From positions 4,409 through 68,408 of the forward strand of contig LBTB01000005.1 of the NCBI GenBank assembly GCA_000989305.1: a stretch of 64,000 nucleotides of DNA, in the 5' to 3' direction. Source of the stretch: Candidatus Shapirobacteria bacterium GW2011_GWF2_37_20 (lineage in GTDB: Bacteria; Patescibacteriota; Microgenomatia; UBA12405). Made by a program: the position numbers and the translations under genes. Below the pieces are notes generated by a model. That model did not search any database and was not told the DNA's origin. It saw nothing but the letters and a program-made list of their open reading frames with translations. Shown one piece after another: positions 17,516 through 26,476 of this stretch (the first letter of the stretch is position 1; each line of letters opens with the position of its first letter).

Positions 17516-17750
17516 ATTAGAAATGAGGGTCTAGATTCTAGAAACTAGAAAAATAGATATTTAATAAAAAATAACTAAAAAACAGGCAGGAATTAGGTCT
17601 CGAGACAAGAGATCCTTTTGGGTTATCCACATCATCATAAATTAGTTTTCCACATTTTGGAATGGGTCAAATACCTCAGGGAGACAAGGCGATAGGTTTT
17701 AGAAACTAGAAAACAACAAAATATTTTGCTGTTTGTGGTAAAATTGCCAC
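17516..17750. promoter_or_regulatory. dnaA/rpmH divergent intergenic region with DnaA boxes (second origin segment / promoters)
   Basis: A perfect TTATCCACA at 17623-17631 and TTTTCCACA at 17647-17655. TGTGGTAAA (two mismatches to the reverse-complement consensus TGTGGATAA, opposite orientation) is at 17733-17741. The motif TAGAAACTAGAAAA occurs twice (17539-17552 and 17700-17713). Confidence 0.55.
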
Positions 17751-17903
17751 ATGAAACAAAAGGGTACATATCAACCAAAAAAGAAAAAAAGAGTCCGTGT
17801 TCACGGGTTTTTAGCAAGAATGGCGACTGCTCTTGGTCGAAAGATTATTAAAAGAAGAAGAGCTAAAGGCAGAAAACACCTGACAATTTCTTCTCAAAAG
17901 TAA
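17751..17903 (+). CDS. rpmH: 50S ribosomal protein L34
   Basis: Translates as [50 protein letters not shown], which carries the L34 signature (HGF.ARM.T..GR....RRR.KGRK.L). It is below the ORF-track size cutoff. Confidence 0.85.
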   Translation: MKQKGTYQPKKKKRVRVHGFLARMATALGRKIIKRRRAKGRKHLTISSQK

Positions 17904-17967
17904 TAAATTTTGTTTTATGATTAAGCCCTCCTGTAACTGGGAGGGCTTTTAATATGTGGGATAATAG

Positions 17968-18288
17968 GTGGTGCTGAAGAAAATAAACAGAATTTGTAAA
18001 AAAAACGAATTTGAGGAAGTAAAGTCCAAGGGAGAAATGAAGGCGACGGAGTTGTTTTCGATAGTTTGGTTAAAAAAGAGCGGAGAAAAAGCTTTTGGGG
18101 CGATAATTTCTAAGAAAATTTCGAAGAAAGCGGTGGACAGAAACCAAATTAGAAGAAGATTAATGGAAGCAGTGAGGTTGAATATGGATATATTTCCTCA
18201 AGGATTTAGGGGAATATTTTTGGTAAAGAAAAATATTTTGAAGAAAAGTGAAACGGAGGTTGAAGAATGCTTAAAAAAATTGTTTTAA
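17968..18288 (+). CDS. rnpA: RNase P protein component
   Basis: 106 aa and basic, located immediately after rpmH. The RnpA-like region is FGAIISKKISKKAVDRNQIRRRL. Confidence 0.8.
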   Translation: MVLKKINRICKKNEFEEVKSKGEMKATELFSIVWLKKSGEKAFGAIISKKISKKAVDRNQIRRRLMEAVRLNMDIFPQGFRGIFLVKKNILKKSETEVEECLKKLF

Positions 18289-18473
18289 AGGTTTTAATTT
18301 TTTATAAAAAATATATATCGAGGGGTTATGATTGCCGATTTATCCCCTCTTGTAGTGAATATACTTACCAGGCGGTAGAAAAAATTGGGGTAATTAAAGG
18401 TCTTTGGATGGGGGTAAAAAGGGTAAGCAAGTGTCACCCTTGGGGTGGTGGTGGCGTAGATTTGATAGAATAA
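18267..18473 (+). CDS. yidD: Membrane protein insertion efficiency factor YidD
   Basis: YISRGYDCRFIPSCSEYTYQAVEKIG...CHPWGGGGVD matches the YidD signature (Cys-rich, HPWGG). Confidence 0.8.
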   Translation: MLKKIVLKVLIFYKKYISRGYDCRFIPSCSEYTYQAVEKIGVIKGLWMGVKRVSKCHPWGGGGVDLIE

Positions 18474-18509
18474 GAGGTTAATTTAGAATTTAGAAATTAG
18501 AAAAATAAA

Positions 18510-19328
18510 ATGAACTTGTTTATTGCCCCTTTTGTTAACGCTCTGTTTGGGTTTTATTATTTGTTGGGAAATTTGGGATGGTCAATTGTGGCGGTGACAA
18601 TAATTATTCGATTGGTGTTGATGCCCTTAGTTTGGCCAAGTCTAAGGTCTTCGATAAAAATGCAGGCCTTACAACCAAAACTGAAGAAATTGCAGGAAAA
18701 ATTTGGAAAGGATAAACAGGGTTTGGCCAAAGCACAGATGGAAATGTATAAAGAGGAGGGAGTTAATCCCCTGTCGGGTTGTCTGCCAAACATTTTACAG
18801 ATTGCAGTATTGATGATTTTCTTTTCCGCCTTTAATATGGTGTCTGGGTTTTCCGAGGGAAAAGTGACGACGGAAACGATTAATCAACAACTTATAAAGA
18901 CTTTTCAAATCAATAATGATTTTAAGTTTAGTGACCAGTTTATGGGGGTTAGCTTGTCGGCGACACCAGGAAAAGTGTTCAAGGACGGATTGAGTTTGAG
19001 TTTGGTTTTACCCTTGTTCTTATTACTAGGATCGGGATACTTACAATTCTGGAGCGCAAAAAAAATGATGCCTGCTTCTGCAAAGAATTCTGGCATGGCA
19101 AAGCTTTCTCCCGCGGTTAATGATACGGCCTATACAAAGCAAACTCCGGGTAAAGAAGACGACATGATGGCGATGATGAGAACCCAGTCAATTTACATGA
19201 TGCCACTAATGACAATATTTATTGGTTTTAGTTTTTCAGTGGGGATTTTAATTTATTGGTTTGTAAACAGTGCTGTAATGGCAGGCCAACAGTTATTAAT
19301 GGCCCAAATTGACAGAAAAAAAGAATAA
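18510..19328 (+). CDS. yidC: YidC/Oxa1-family membrane insertase (short form)
   Basis: Conserved QPKLKKLQEKFGKDKQ...MEMYKEEGVNPLSGCLPNILQIAVLMIFF region with about 5 TM helices, in the rpmH-rnpA-yidD-yidC context. Confidence 0.85.
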   Translation: MNLFIAPFVNALFGFYYLLGNLGWSIVAVTIIIRLVLMPLVWPSLRSSIKMQALQPKLKKLQEKFGKDKQGLAKAQMEMYKEEGVNPLSGCLPNILQIAVLMIFFSAFNMVSGFSEGKVTTETINQQLIKTFQINNDFKFSDQFMGVSLSATPGKVFKDGLSLSLVLPLFLLLGSGYLQFWSAKKMMPASAKNSGMAKLSPAVNDTAYTKQTPGKEDDMMAMMRTQSIYMMPLMTIFIGFSFSVGILIYWFVNSAVMAGQQLLMAQIDRKKE

Positions 19329-19341
19329 GGGGTGTGATAAA

Positions 19342-19821
19342 ATGGCCACTATGGATAATAAAAAAAGAAACGAATTAGTTTTAAATTTGGCCTGTGAAAT
19401 GTTGCAAAACATTAATTATGAAATTGATAATGCGTATGTGGAAGACGTTGAAGGAGAAGAGGGGCAAGTTTTAGTTAGTGTAACCGTGGGAAAACCAGGC
19501 GGATTGATTGGTTTTAGGGGCCGAAATATGGCGGCTTTACAATTACTATTGTCGTTGATGGTTAAAAAACAATTAGGTGAATGGGTCAGAGTAATTTTGG
19601 ACATTAACAACTATCGTGGAGAACAAAAGGAAAGACTGGAGGGCATGGCTAAAGATTTGGCTCAAAAAGCAATTGAAACCGGCAAGGAAGTGGAAATGGC
19701 TAATATGAGTTCATATGAAAGAAGGATTTGCCACATGGTGTTGACGGAGATTGAGGGAATTACCAGTGACTCTGAGGGTGAGGGTGAAAACAGACATATT
19801 GTAATTAGACCGAAACTTTAA
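19342..19821 (+). CDS. khpB: Jag/KhpB/EloR RNA-binding protein (KH + R3H)
   Basis: KH-like GGLIGFRGRNMAALQLL and R3H-like YERRICHMVLTEIEGITSDSEGEGENRHIVIRP motifs. The ORF track starts at a TTG at 19309, but the ATG at 19342 (MATMDNKK) follows AAGGGG and is preferred. Confidence 0.7.
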   Translation: MATMDNKKRNELVLNLACEMLQNINYEIDNAYVEDVEGEEGQVLVSVTVGKPGGLIGFRGRNMAALQLLLSLMVKKQLGEWVRVILDINNYRGEQKERLEGMAKDLAQKAIETGKEVEMANMSSYERRICHMVLTEIEGITSDSEGEGENRHIVIRPKL

Positions 19822-19884
19822 ATTCTTCGTTGTACGGAGACCTCCTTTTGAAGAAAGGGGTTTTGTTTTGTGTTAGGATAGGGC

Positions 19885-21111
19885 GTGGAGAGATTTGTCA
19901 CCGTTTTTTGGTTGTTACTAATTCCGACACAGTTGGGCAGACATTTTTGGTTGAAAGAAAGTAGTGTAATGGGGGCGAGGGTAGATTATTTATCAATTAT
20001 TTTGTATTTAACTGATTTGGTATGGCTTCTCTGGGTCTGGACTCAGAGAAAAAAGATTAAGTTGAAACCTGATTTTTTTAGTTTCATTTTACTTTTATTG
20101 GCGGTGGCAAACATAATTTTTGCTCCGGCCAGGTTGGTAGCGGTTTATAAGTGGTTGCGAATTGGACAATGGTGGTTGACTTGGCAATTAGTAAAAGAGA
20201 ACAAGATAAGGATTTTAAGTTTATTAAAGAAAATTGTACCGGCGTGGATAATAGTGGAGTCGTTTTTAGGTTTGGCTCAAGTATTGAAGGGAGGAAGCTT
20301 AAACGGAATTTGGTGGTGGCTTGGGGAAAGAAGGTTTACTTTTGGGGGGATTGGAATTGCTCAAATGAGGTTTTTTGATGAAGGTTGGATTAGGGCTTAT
20401 GGGACTTTTTCGCACCCTAATTCTTTGGCAGGATTTTTGTTGTTGAGTTGGTGGTGGTGGAGAAAACAAAGACTAAACATAAATAAGGTTTTTTATTGGG
20501 TGGTAAATTGGAGTGCAATATTGGGAATAATTTTGACAGGAAGCCGAATTGTATGGGGACTGACTTTGGGGTTGTTGATAGTTGAGCAAATAAGAAAACT
20601 AATACCCAACCTACCCCCTTTTGGTGGGGAGAATAAGAAAAAATATTTTAGGGAAATGTTGGGCAAGGGCTTATTGATTCTGGGAATAATATGTTTAACG
20701 TTGGGGGTGGTAAGTATTAATTATCGGGTGAGTGATTTTGTGGGAGGTTGGGACGTGGATAGTTGGAATAAAAGGGAAATGCTGGGCTTGGCGGCGATAA
20801 AAATGATTGGGAAATCCCCTCTTTTTGGAGTTGGGGCAGGTAATTTTGTGGTTAGGTTGCCAAAATTCCAGACGGGAAACTTTTATTGGATGCAACCGGT
20901 ACATAATATTTTTTTGTTAATGTGGTGTGAGATTGGGGCTTTGGGCATAATTATGTTTTTAGCTTTGGGGATAAATAAGTTAATTGGTTTTAAGTGGAAA
21001 AAACAGGTGTGGTTTTTGTTGATTGTGGGAATAACGGGGATGTTTGACCATTATTGGCTGACCCTGCCTCAGAATAATTGGCTGTTGGCGATAATATTGG
21101 GGTTGATATAG
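19885..21111 (+). CDS. O-antigen ligase/Wzy_C-like polytopic membrane protein
   Basis: About 10-12 TM helices with a central loop containing FSHPNSLAGFLLLSWWWW, as in the O-antigen ligase family. It uses a GTG start. Confidence 0.5.
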   Translation: MERFVTVFWLLLIPTQLGRHFWLKESSVMGARVDYLSIILYLTDLVWLLWVWTQRKKIKLKPDFFSFILLLLAVANIIFAPARLVAVYKWLRIGQWWLTWQLVKENKIRILSLLKKIVPAWIIVESFLGLAQVLKGGSLNGIWWWLGERRFTFGGIGIAQMRFFDEGWIRAYGTFSHPNSLAGFLLLSWWWWRKQRLNINKVFYWVVNWSAILGIILTGSRIVWGLTLGLLIVEQIRKLIPNLPPFGGENKKKYFREMLGKGLLILGIICLTLGVVSINYRVSDFVGGWDVDSWNKREMLGLAAIKMIGKSPLFGVGAGNFVVRLPKFQTGNFYWMQPVHNIFLLMWCEIGALGIIMFLALGINKLIGFKWKKQVWFLLIVGITGMFDHYWLTLPQNNWLLAIILGLI

Positions 21112-21125
21112 AGTAAAATCAAATA

Positions 21126-22370
21126 ATGTTAAAAAGACTGGCAGTGAATACCGGAGTACAGATATTGGGAAAGGTGTTGTCGGTAATAGTGTCACTGATA
21201 ACCACAGGAATTTTGACGAGAAAATTGGGGGTTGCGGTTTACGGGCAATATATCCTGATCGTGTCCATGTCAATATTTTTTGATGCTTTGGCTGATTTTG
21301 GAACTTCGATTATTGGTGTCAGAGAGGCTTCAAAAGTTGAGAGCGAGGGCGAGAGGGTAAAAATATGGTCTAATGTAGCCATTTTAAGATTAGTGTTGGC
21401 GGTGTTTAGTTTGGTTTTGGGATTGGGGTTGATCTTTTCCTGGCCTGATTTAAGGGAAGTCCGAATGGAGGCGGTTTTGGCCTGGGTAATGTTGGTCTTT
21501 ACTTCTTTGGCCGGGTCTTTGGGAGTAGTGTGGCAGACGAGAATTAGGATGGAGGCAAAGGTGTTGGTAGAGGTAATGTTTCCGACCATATTTTTGCTTT
21601 GTTTATGGTGGTTTTCCGGTGAGATTAACTTAGTTTGGGTTTTTGGGACTTATTTAATTGCCAGGATAATTACTTTGGCCTGGGGTTGGTGGATTGGCAG
21701 AGGAACAATAAATTTCAAATTGCTTGACACAAAGATGGTGAAAAAACTATTGGTAATGAGTTGGCCAATGGGGGTATATTTGTTGATATTTTCAGCATAT
21801 GATCGGGCAATCGACGCAATGATGATCAGAAGATTTTTGGGAGCCGGAGAGGTGGCCTGGTACGGATTGGCATATAAAATTTATGGAGTCTTGATTCAGC
21901 CGGCGTATTTTTTAGTAAGTGGGATATTTCCAATTTTGTCAAGAAACCTAAAACCTAGCTCGCCTTTTCCTGCTGAAGGTCGGCAAAAAAATACAAATAT
22001 CATATTTTGGGCTTCGGCGGCGATATTGTTGGTCTCAGGAATAACCTTGATGTTGGGAGTTTGGATGTTTGCACCAATTATGGTTCACGCGTTGGCCGGA
22101 AGCCAGTTTGAAGCTTCGGTGGGGGTATTAAGAATTTTAATGTTGGCTTTGGTATTTTCATATTTAGGCCATTTAGTGGGATTTACTCTGATTTCCAGAG
22201 AAGGGCAAAAGGAAATGTTGGGAATGGGAGTGATAATCTTGGTGTTTAATTTTGTGGGTAATATGGTGGCAATCCCCCGTTTTGGGATTATGGGAGCGGC
22301 GGGAGTAACGGTGTTGACAGAAGTATTATCTTTGATGTTGATGAGTAGCCGGCTGAGAAAGCGTAATTAG
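21126..22370 (+). CDS. Wzx-like polysaccharide/oligosaccharide flippase (MOP superfamily)
   Basis: 414 aa and about 12 TM. The N-terminus LGKVLSVIVSLITTGILTRKLGVAVYGQY is typical of polysaccharide-biosynthesis flippases. Confidence 0.6.
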   Translation: MLKRLAVNTGVQILGKVLSVIVSLITTGILTRKLGVAVYGQYILIVSMSIFFDALADFGTSIIGVREASKVESEGERVKIWSNVAILRLVLAVFSLVLGLGLIFSWPDLREVRMEAVLAWVMLVFTSLAGSLGVVWQTRIRMEAKVLVEVMFPTIFLLCLWWFSGEINLVWVFGTYLIARIITLAWGWWIGRGTINFKLLDTKMVKKLLVMSWPMGVYLLIFSAYDRAIDAMMIRRFLGAGEVAWYGLAYKIYGVLIQPAYFLVSGIFPILSRNLKPSSPFPAEGRQKNTNIIFWASAAILLVSGITLMLGVWMFAPIMVHALAGSQFEASVGVLRILMLALVFSYLGHLVGFTLISREGQKEMLGMGVIILVFNFVGNMVAIPRFGIMGAAGVTVLTEVLSLMLMSSRLRKRN

Positions 22371-22699
22371 AAGGTAGTTTTGTACTATTCCCCTATCTGA
22401 AATACTGACGGATTTTAACTTGATAAAAAACACAATTATGACATTTTCTTTGATCGAAAATACATTTTTTTGGCACTTGCTCTTTTCGGTCTATCCCCGA
22501 CTAAAGCTAAACCACACAATAATCTTGCGATAAAAAAATTTTTTGAACAGAAAATTATTTAAAAAACACCAAACTAGTTATGACGATTTTTCACGTTCCA
22601 TAGAGACGGTTTGACAAGTTGTGACAGTTTTAACAGGAAAATAACCGCAAATTAACCGAAACATTACCGCAATGGATTTCTTTGCTTTAAAATGGAGAC

Positions 22700-25627
22700 A
22701 TGGAAGGAGTGTCGACAACCGCAGTAGTTTTTGGAGGGGGATCTTTTGTGGCTGACAAACTGGAAGAGCAACTCAAAGAAAGAGGAATAAAGGTGGTTAG
22801 GGGTGATTATGAAAATATTCCTGAAAATGTGGCATATTTTTTTGATTTTGAAGGAAGAGAAGAGGTTTGGGAAAGACTGAACAACAACCAAAGATTGGTG
22901 TTGGTTGAGGTTGATAGTTTTGAAAAAATTGAGGAGTGGGAAAAAAAGCTAAATTCGAGGAATTTGAACTGGAGAATTGTGGCGGGAGTAAACGTTTATG
23001 GTGAGGGGATGAGTGAGGAGGGTTTTTTGGGCAGAGCTTTTTTACAAGCAGCTAAAAATAAAAATTTAGTTTTACCAGGTCTTGATCAAATATATAGAGT
23101 CTTGGCGGTTGACGACATGGTTGAGGCAATATTAAGGTCATGTTTTTTCTCGGGAACTTCCGGTAAGACTTTGTTTGTCGGCGGGGGAGAAATTAACTCA
23201 AAAATAGTAGCAGAAGTACTGGTGGAAGAAGCAAAAATGACGAAAACTCAGGTGATTCAAGACCCTCCCAGGGCTGATACGTTGTGGCGGGCAAGCCAAG
23301 AGGAATTAGAAAAAAAAATAATAAAGAGCCAAGAGTTGTTAAGATGGGGGCCGGAAATTACTTTTACTGAGGGAGCGAAGGCGGTAATCCAATATTTTGT
23401 AGCAAAAGTCGACCAAGAGAATAGAAAAAAACCAACAATAAAAAATTCAAAAATTGGGCCACAAATCACCAGGGAGATGGTGGAAAAAAGATATGCAGTG
23501 GAAGTAGAAGAAGAGGAAATTGGTGATGAGACCTTAGAAAGGAAGTTTGCTGGTGAGGAAAGCCACCATGAGGTGGAGGATGAAGAAGAGATTTTAGATC
23601 CCAGAACCGAGATTTTAGAAGAAGAAACAGGGGAAGAAGAAAGTCGAGAGGAGTTTAAGTTGGAAAGCCTGAAAAAAAGTCCATTACCAGAACGGGTGGT
23701 GGAAGAGAAAGAGGTTGAAATTGAACCTGATTTGGGTGAAAGCTCCGTTGAGGAGAAGTTAATTCCACCCCCAGCCTCTTTATTAAAAAAGGAAGAGAGT
23801 AAAAAAATTGTAAAAAATAAAGGCAGTTTCTGGAAATGGGGGTTGTTTGGGGTGGGGTGGATATTTTTGGTTTTATTTTTGGTGAATTTTATAAAAATAG
23901 TAACTATTCCCAAAAAGATCATGGGAACAGAAAGCCTGATTGAAAAGGGAAAATATGAAGAAGCAAAAAAAGAAATAGAGCTTCTGTCGAAAAATAATCA
24001 GAAATTGTTGGAAATTTTTGGTGGGGGGAAAGTGGGAACATTGTTGAGGGCGGAAGGAGAAGTGGTAAGTTTGTTGGGGTTGAGTGTAGAGCTGGCTCAA
24101 AGCGGAGAAAAGATAAGTAGCAGTATGTTTGGGGAAAAGGAAATTGAGATGAGGGGTGAATTACAAAAAGTGGAGAAGAGCTTAGATGAGATGGTTTCGA
24201 AAATGGGAATATTACAAGGGAGACTATCAGGACAATGGCAATGGTTGCCAGGGAGATATAGAGAAGATTTAAATAAATTAAAAGACAAGCTGACAAAAGA
24301 GAGAGAAAATGTTGAAAGAATACGAAAAATATTACCAATATTACCTGAAATTCTAGGTCTTGACGGTAAAAGGAGGGAATATATGGTGTTGCTCCAGAAT
24401 GAAAATGAAATTAGAGCCTCCGGAGGTTTTATTGGTTCTTATGCCATATTAAGTTTTGAAGGTGGGCGATGGCTGGGATTTGAAGTCAAAGACGTCTATG
24501 AGGCCGATGGGCAACTCAAGGGGCATGTGGAACCGCCGTCTGAAATTAAAAAATATCTGGGAGAAGCTGGCTGGTTTATGAGAGATGCAAACTGGCAAGC
24601 CAGCTTTCCTTCAGCGGCAAGAGACATTCAGTGGTTTTTGGAAAAAGAAACCGGACGAAAGGTTGACGGGGTGATTGGCTTGAATTTGGCATCAGTTAAG
24701 GCAATTTTGGGAGTAACAGGAGAAATATATGTAACTGATTTTAAGGAGAAGGTAAATGAAAATAATTTATACGAACAAGCTGAATATTACTCGGAAACAA
24801 AGTTTTTTGCCGGGTCGGTACAAAAGGCGAGTTTTTTGGGAGGGGTAAGTAAGCAATTAATGGAGGAAATAAAACTGGCAAAAGGAGCTGAGGGACAAAA
24901 ATTGTTGACAGCGGTTATGGATTTGATGGACAGGAATGAAGTACAAGTAGTTTTGAATGAAAAAATGGCTTCAGAGGTGTTGGCAGAGGCAGGTTGGGAC
25001 GGGGCAATTTATGAAGGGAAGTGTAATGGGGAAAAATGCGTGGCGGATTATTTATATATAGTGGAATCTAATCTGGGGGTAAATAAGGCAAATTATTTTT
25101 TGTATCGAAATATTGAAAGAGAGATAGAAATTGGAGAAAAAATAGTAAAAAATACTTTGAGGATTACTTATGAGAACACAGCAAAAAGTAGTGCCTGGCC
25201 GGGAGGGGATTATAAGAACTATATAAGAATTTATGTCCCAGTCGGAACCGGGGTTCAGGAGGTTAACTGGAGTGAGAATGGAGGCGGAGAAAGAAAAGTG
25301 ATAAGCGGCGAGGAACTGAAGCTTAGCCGGGTGGGGAACAAGGAAGAAATTGGGTTTTTGGTGATAGTGCCGGTGGGAAAGAAAATTGGTGTAGAAGTAA
25401 AATATGTGGAAAATATAAATTTGACGACTTTGCAAAGCTTTTCTTATTTGAATTATATTCAAAGACAGAGTGGTTTTGGAGATACGGGAATAGTAACTTT
25501 GATTTCTATACCGGAAAACTGGAGAATAAATGCGGTGGAGCCGGCGGCGAGCGTGGTTGGAGGCAAGCTACTGTTTAATCAAAAATTGGATAAAGACATA
25601 AAGATGGGGGTGGAGATATCGAGATGA
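22700..25627 (+). CDS. Large membrane-anchored protein: degenerate Rossmann/epimerase-like N-domain, acidic linker, one TM, and an extracytoplasmic DUF4012-like domain
   Basis: GGGSFVA Rossmann-like turn at the N-terminus. The TM helix is FWKWGLFGVGWIFLVLFLV. The extracytoplasmic part contains LLQNENEIRASGGFIGSYAIL, which matches the DUF4012 hallmark (QNNAELR.TGGFIGSY) as I recall it. Confidence 0.5.
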   Translation: MEGVSTTAVVFGGGSFVADKLEEQLKERGIKVVRGDYENIPENVAYFFDFEGREEVWERLNNNQRLVLVEVDSFEKIEEWEKKLNSRNLNWRIVAGVNVYGEGMSEEGFLGRAFLQAAKNKNLVLPGLDQIYRVLAVDDMVEAILRSCFFSGTSGKTLFVGGGEINSKIVAEVLVEEAKMTKTQVIQDPPRADTLWRASQEELEKKIIKSQELLRWGPEITFTEGAKAVIQYFVAKVDQENRKKPTIKNSKIGPQITREMVEKRYAVEVEEEEIGDETLERKFAGEESHHEVEDEEEILDPRTEILEEETGEEESREEFKLESLKKSPLPERVVEEKEVEIEPDLGESSVEEKLIPPPASLLKKEESKKIVKNKGSFWKWGLFGVGWIFLVLFLVNFIKIVTIPKKIMGTESLIEKGKYEEAKKEIELLSKNNQKLLEIFGGGKVGTLLRAEGEVVSLLGLSVELAQSGEKISSSMFGEKEIEMRGELQKVEKSLDEMVSKMGILQGRLSGQWQWLPGRYREDLNKLKDKLTKERENVERIRKILPILPEILGLDGKRREYMVLLQNENEIRASGGFIGSYAILSFEGGRWLGFEVKDVYEADGQLKGHVEPPSEIKKYLGEAGWFMRDANWQASFPSAARDIQWFLEKETGRKVDGVIGLNLASVKAILGVTGEIYVTDFKEKVNENNLYEQAEYYSETKFFAGSVQKASFLGGVSKQLMEEIKLAKGAEGQKLLTAVMDLMDRNEVQVVLNEKMASEVLAEAGWDGAIYEGKCNGEKCVADYLYIVESNLGVNKANYFLYRNIEREIEIGEKIVKNTLRITYENTAKSSAWPGGDYKNYIRIYVPVGTGVQEVNWSENGGGERKVISGEELKLSRVGNKEEIGFLVIVPVGKKIGVEVKYVENINLTTLQSFSYLNYIQRQSGFGDTGIVTLISIPENWRINAVEPAASVVGGKLLFNQKLDKDIKMGVEISR

Positions 25628-25920
25628 GGAATTTTATTAAAAAGAAAGAAAATTTTAAATGTGAAAATTGTGGATTTGAAGTGAGTGGAGACGGATACAC
25701 AGACCATTGTCCAAAGTGTTTGTGGGGAAAACATGTGGATGAGGAAATTCCGGGGGATAGAGCCAGCGAGTGTGGAGGCTTGATGAAAGCAGTAGAAAGC
25801 ACCTATGTTTCAGGCAGATATAAGATACATTACAGGTGTGGTAAATGTAGACATGAATTTTGGGTAAGGGAAGGAGAAGATGACGATAGAACTCTATTAA
25901 TGGAGTTGATGGTAAAATAA
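25624..25920 (+). CDS. Small zinc-ribbon protein (RNHCP-like)
   Basis: Cys pairs at CENCG, HCPKC and CGKC. It overlaps the upstream gene by ATGA, which indicates translational coupling. Confidence 0.4.
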   Translation: MRNFIKKKENFKCENCGFEVSGDGYTDHCPKCLWGKHVDEEIPGDRASECGGLMKAVESTYVSGRYKIHYRCGKCRHEFWVREGEDDDRTLLMELMVK

Positions 25921-25923
25921 TTT

Positions 25924-26169
25924 ATGGATTATGGTGAGCTTATGAAAGCGAAACACCCAAAACCCGATAATGGCGGTCAAGCTGTACCAGTAATTCCAAC
26001 AGCAGAAATTGTGGAAAAGGTTAGAGACCCGGCAACGGGAGTGGAATTTCCGATAAAACCCGGAATTACCGGAGAAAAAGCTATTACAGAATGGGAAAAA
26101 GAAAATGGTGACATTAGTGAGCCGGCTTATAAAAGACAGCAAAAAAAGAAAGAGACGGGAGAAATTTAG
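25924..26169 (+). CDS. Hypothetical small protein
   Basis: 81-aa ORF with no recognisable motif. Confidence 0.3.
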   Translation: MDYGELMKAKHPKPDNGGQAVPVIPTAEIVEKVRDPATGVEFPIKPGITGEKAITEWEKENGDISEPAYKRQQKKKETGEI

Positions 26170-26210
26170 GTTGCTGTAAAATAATAATCAATAAATTGAT
26201 AGAATAATTT

Positions 26211-26417
26211 ATGGGAGAAACAAGTAGAGGATTAAGTCCAGGAGAGGTGGGTAAAAAAAGGGTCTCAAAGGTTGACCAGTATAAAAAATTGTCAGAAGAA
26301 GCGATGGGCTATAACCTGGGAAATGATTTGGTAAGTGAGATGGCGATGAAACACTTAAGTGCGGTGGCTAAGAGTATTAACAGAGCTAATCGGAAAGCTG
26401 CGGTAAAAAAACGGTGA
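26211..26417 (+). CDS. Hypothetical small basic protein
   Basis: 68-aa ORF, Lys/Arg-rich at the C-terminus. Confidence 0.3.
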   Translation: MGETSRGLSPGEVGKKRVSKVDQYKKLSEEAMGYNLGNDLVSEMAMKHLSAVAKSINRANRKAAVKKR

Positions 26418-26476
26418 AAGTGCGGAGATCGGAAAGATAGATATTAGAGGTAGATACGATGATATAATTGAAAGAC

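Noticed and set aside
17635-17817. 60-aa minus-strand ORF
   Set aside because: It overlaps the rpmH (L34) gene found on the + strand at 17751..17903 and the DnaA-box region. It is judged spurious.
19785-19860. Possible terminator after jag (CCTTT-TGAAG-AAAGG + T-rich)
   Set aside because: The stem is only about 5 bp with a weak U-tract. It is not convincing enough to annotate.
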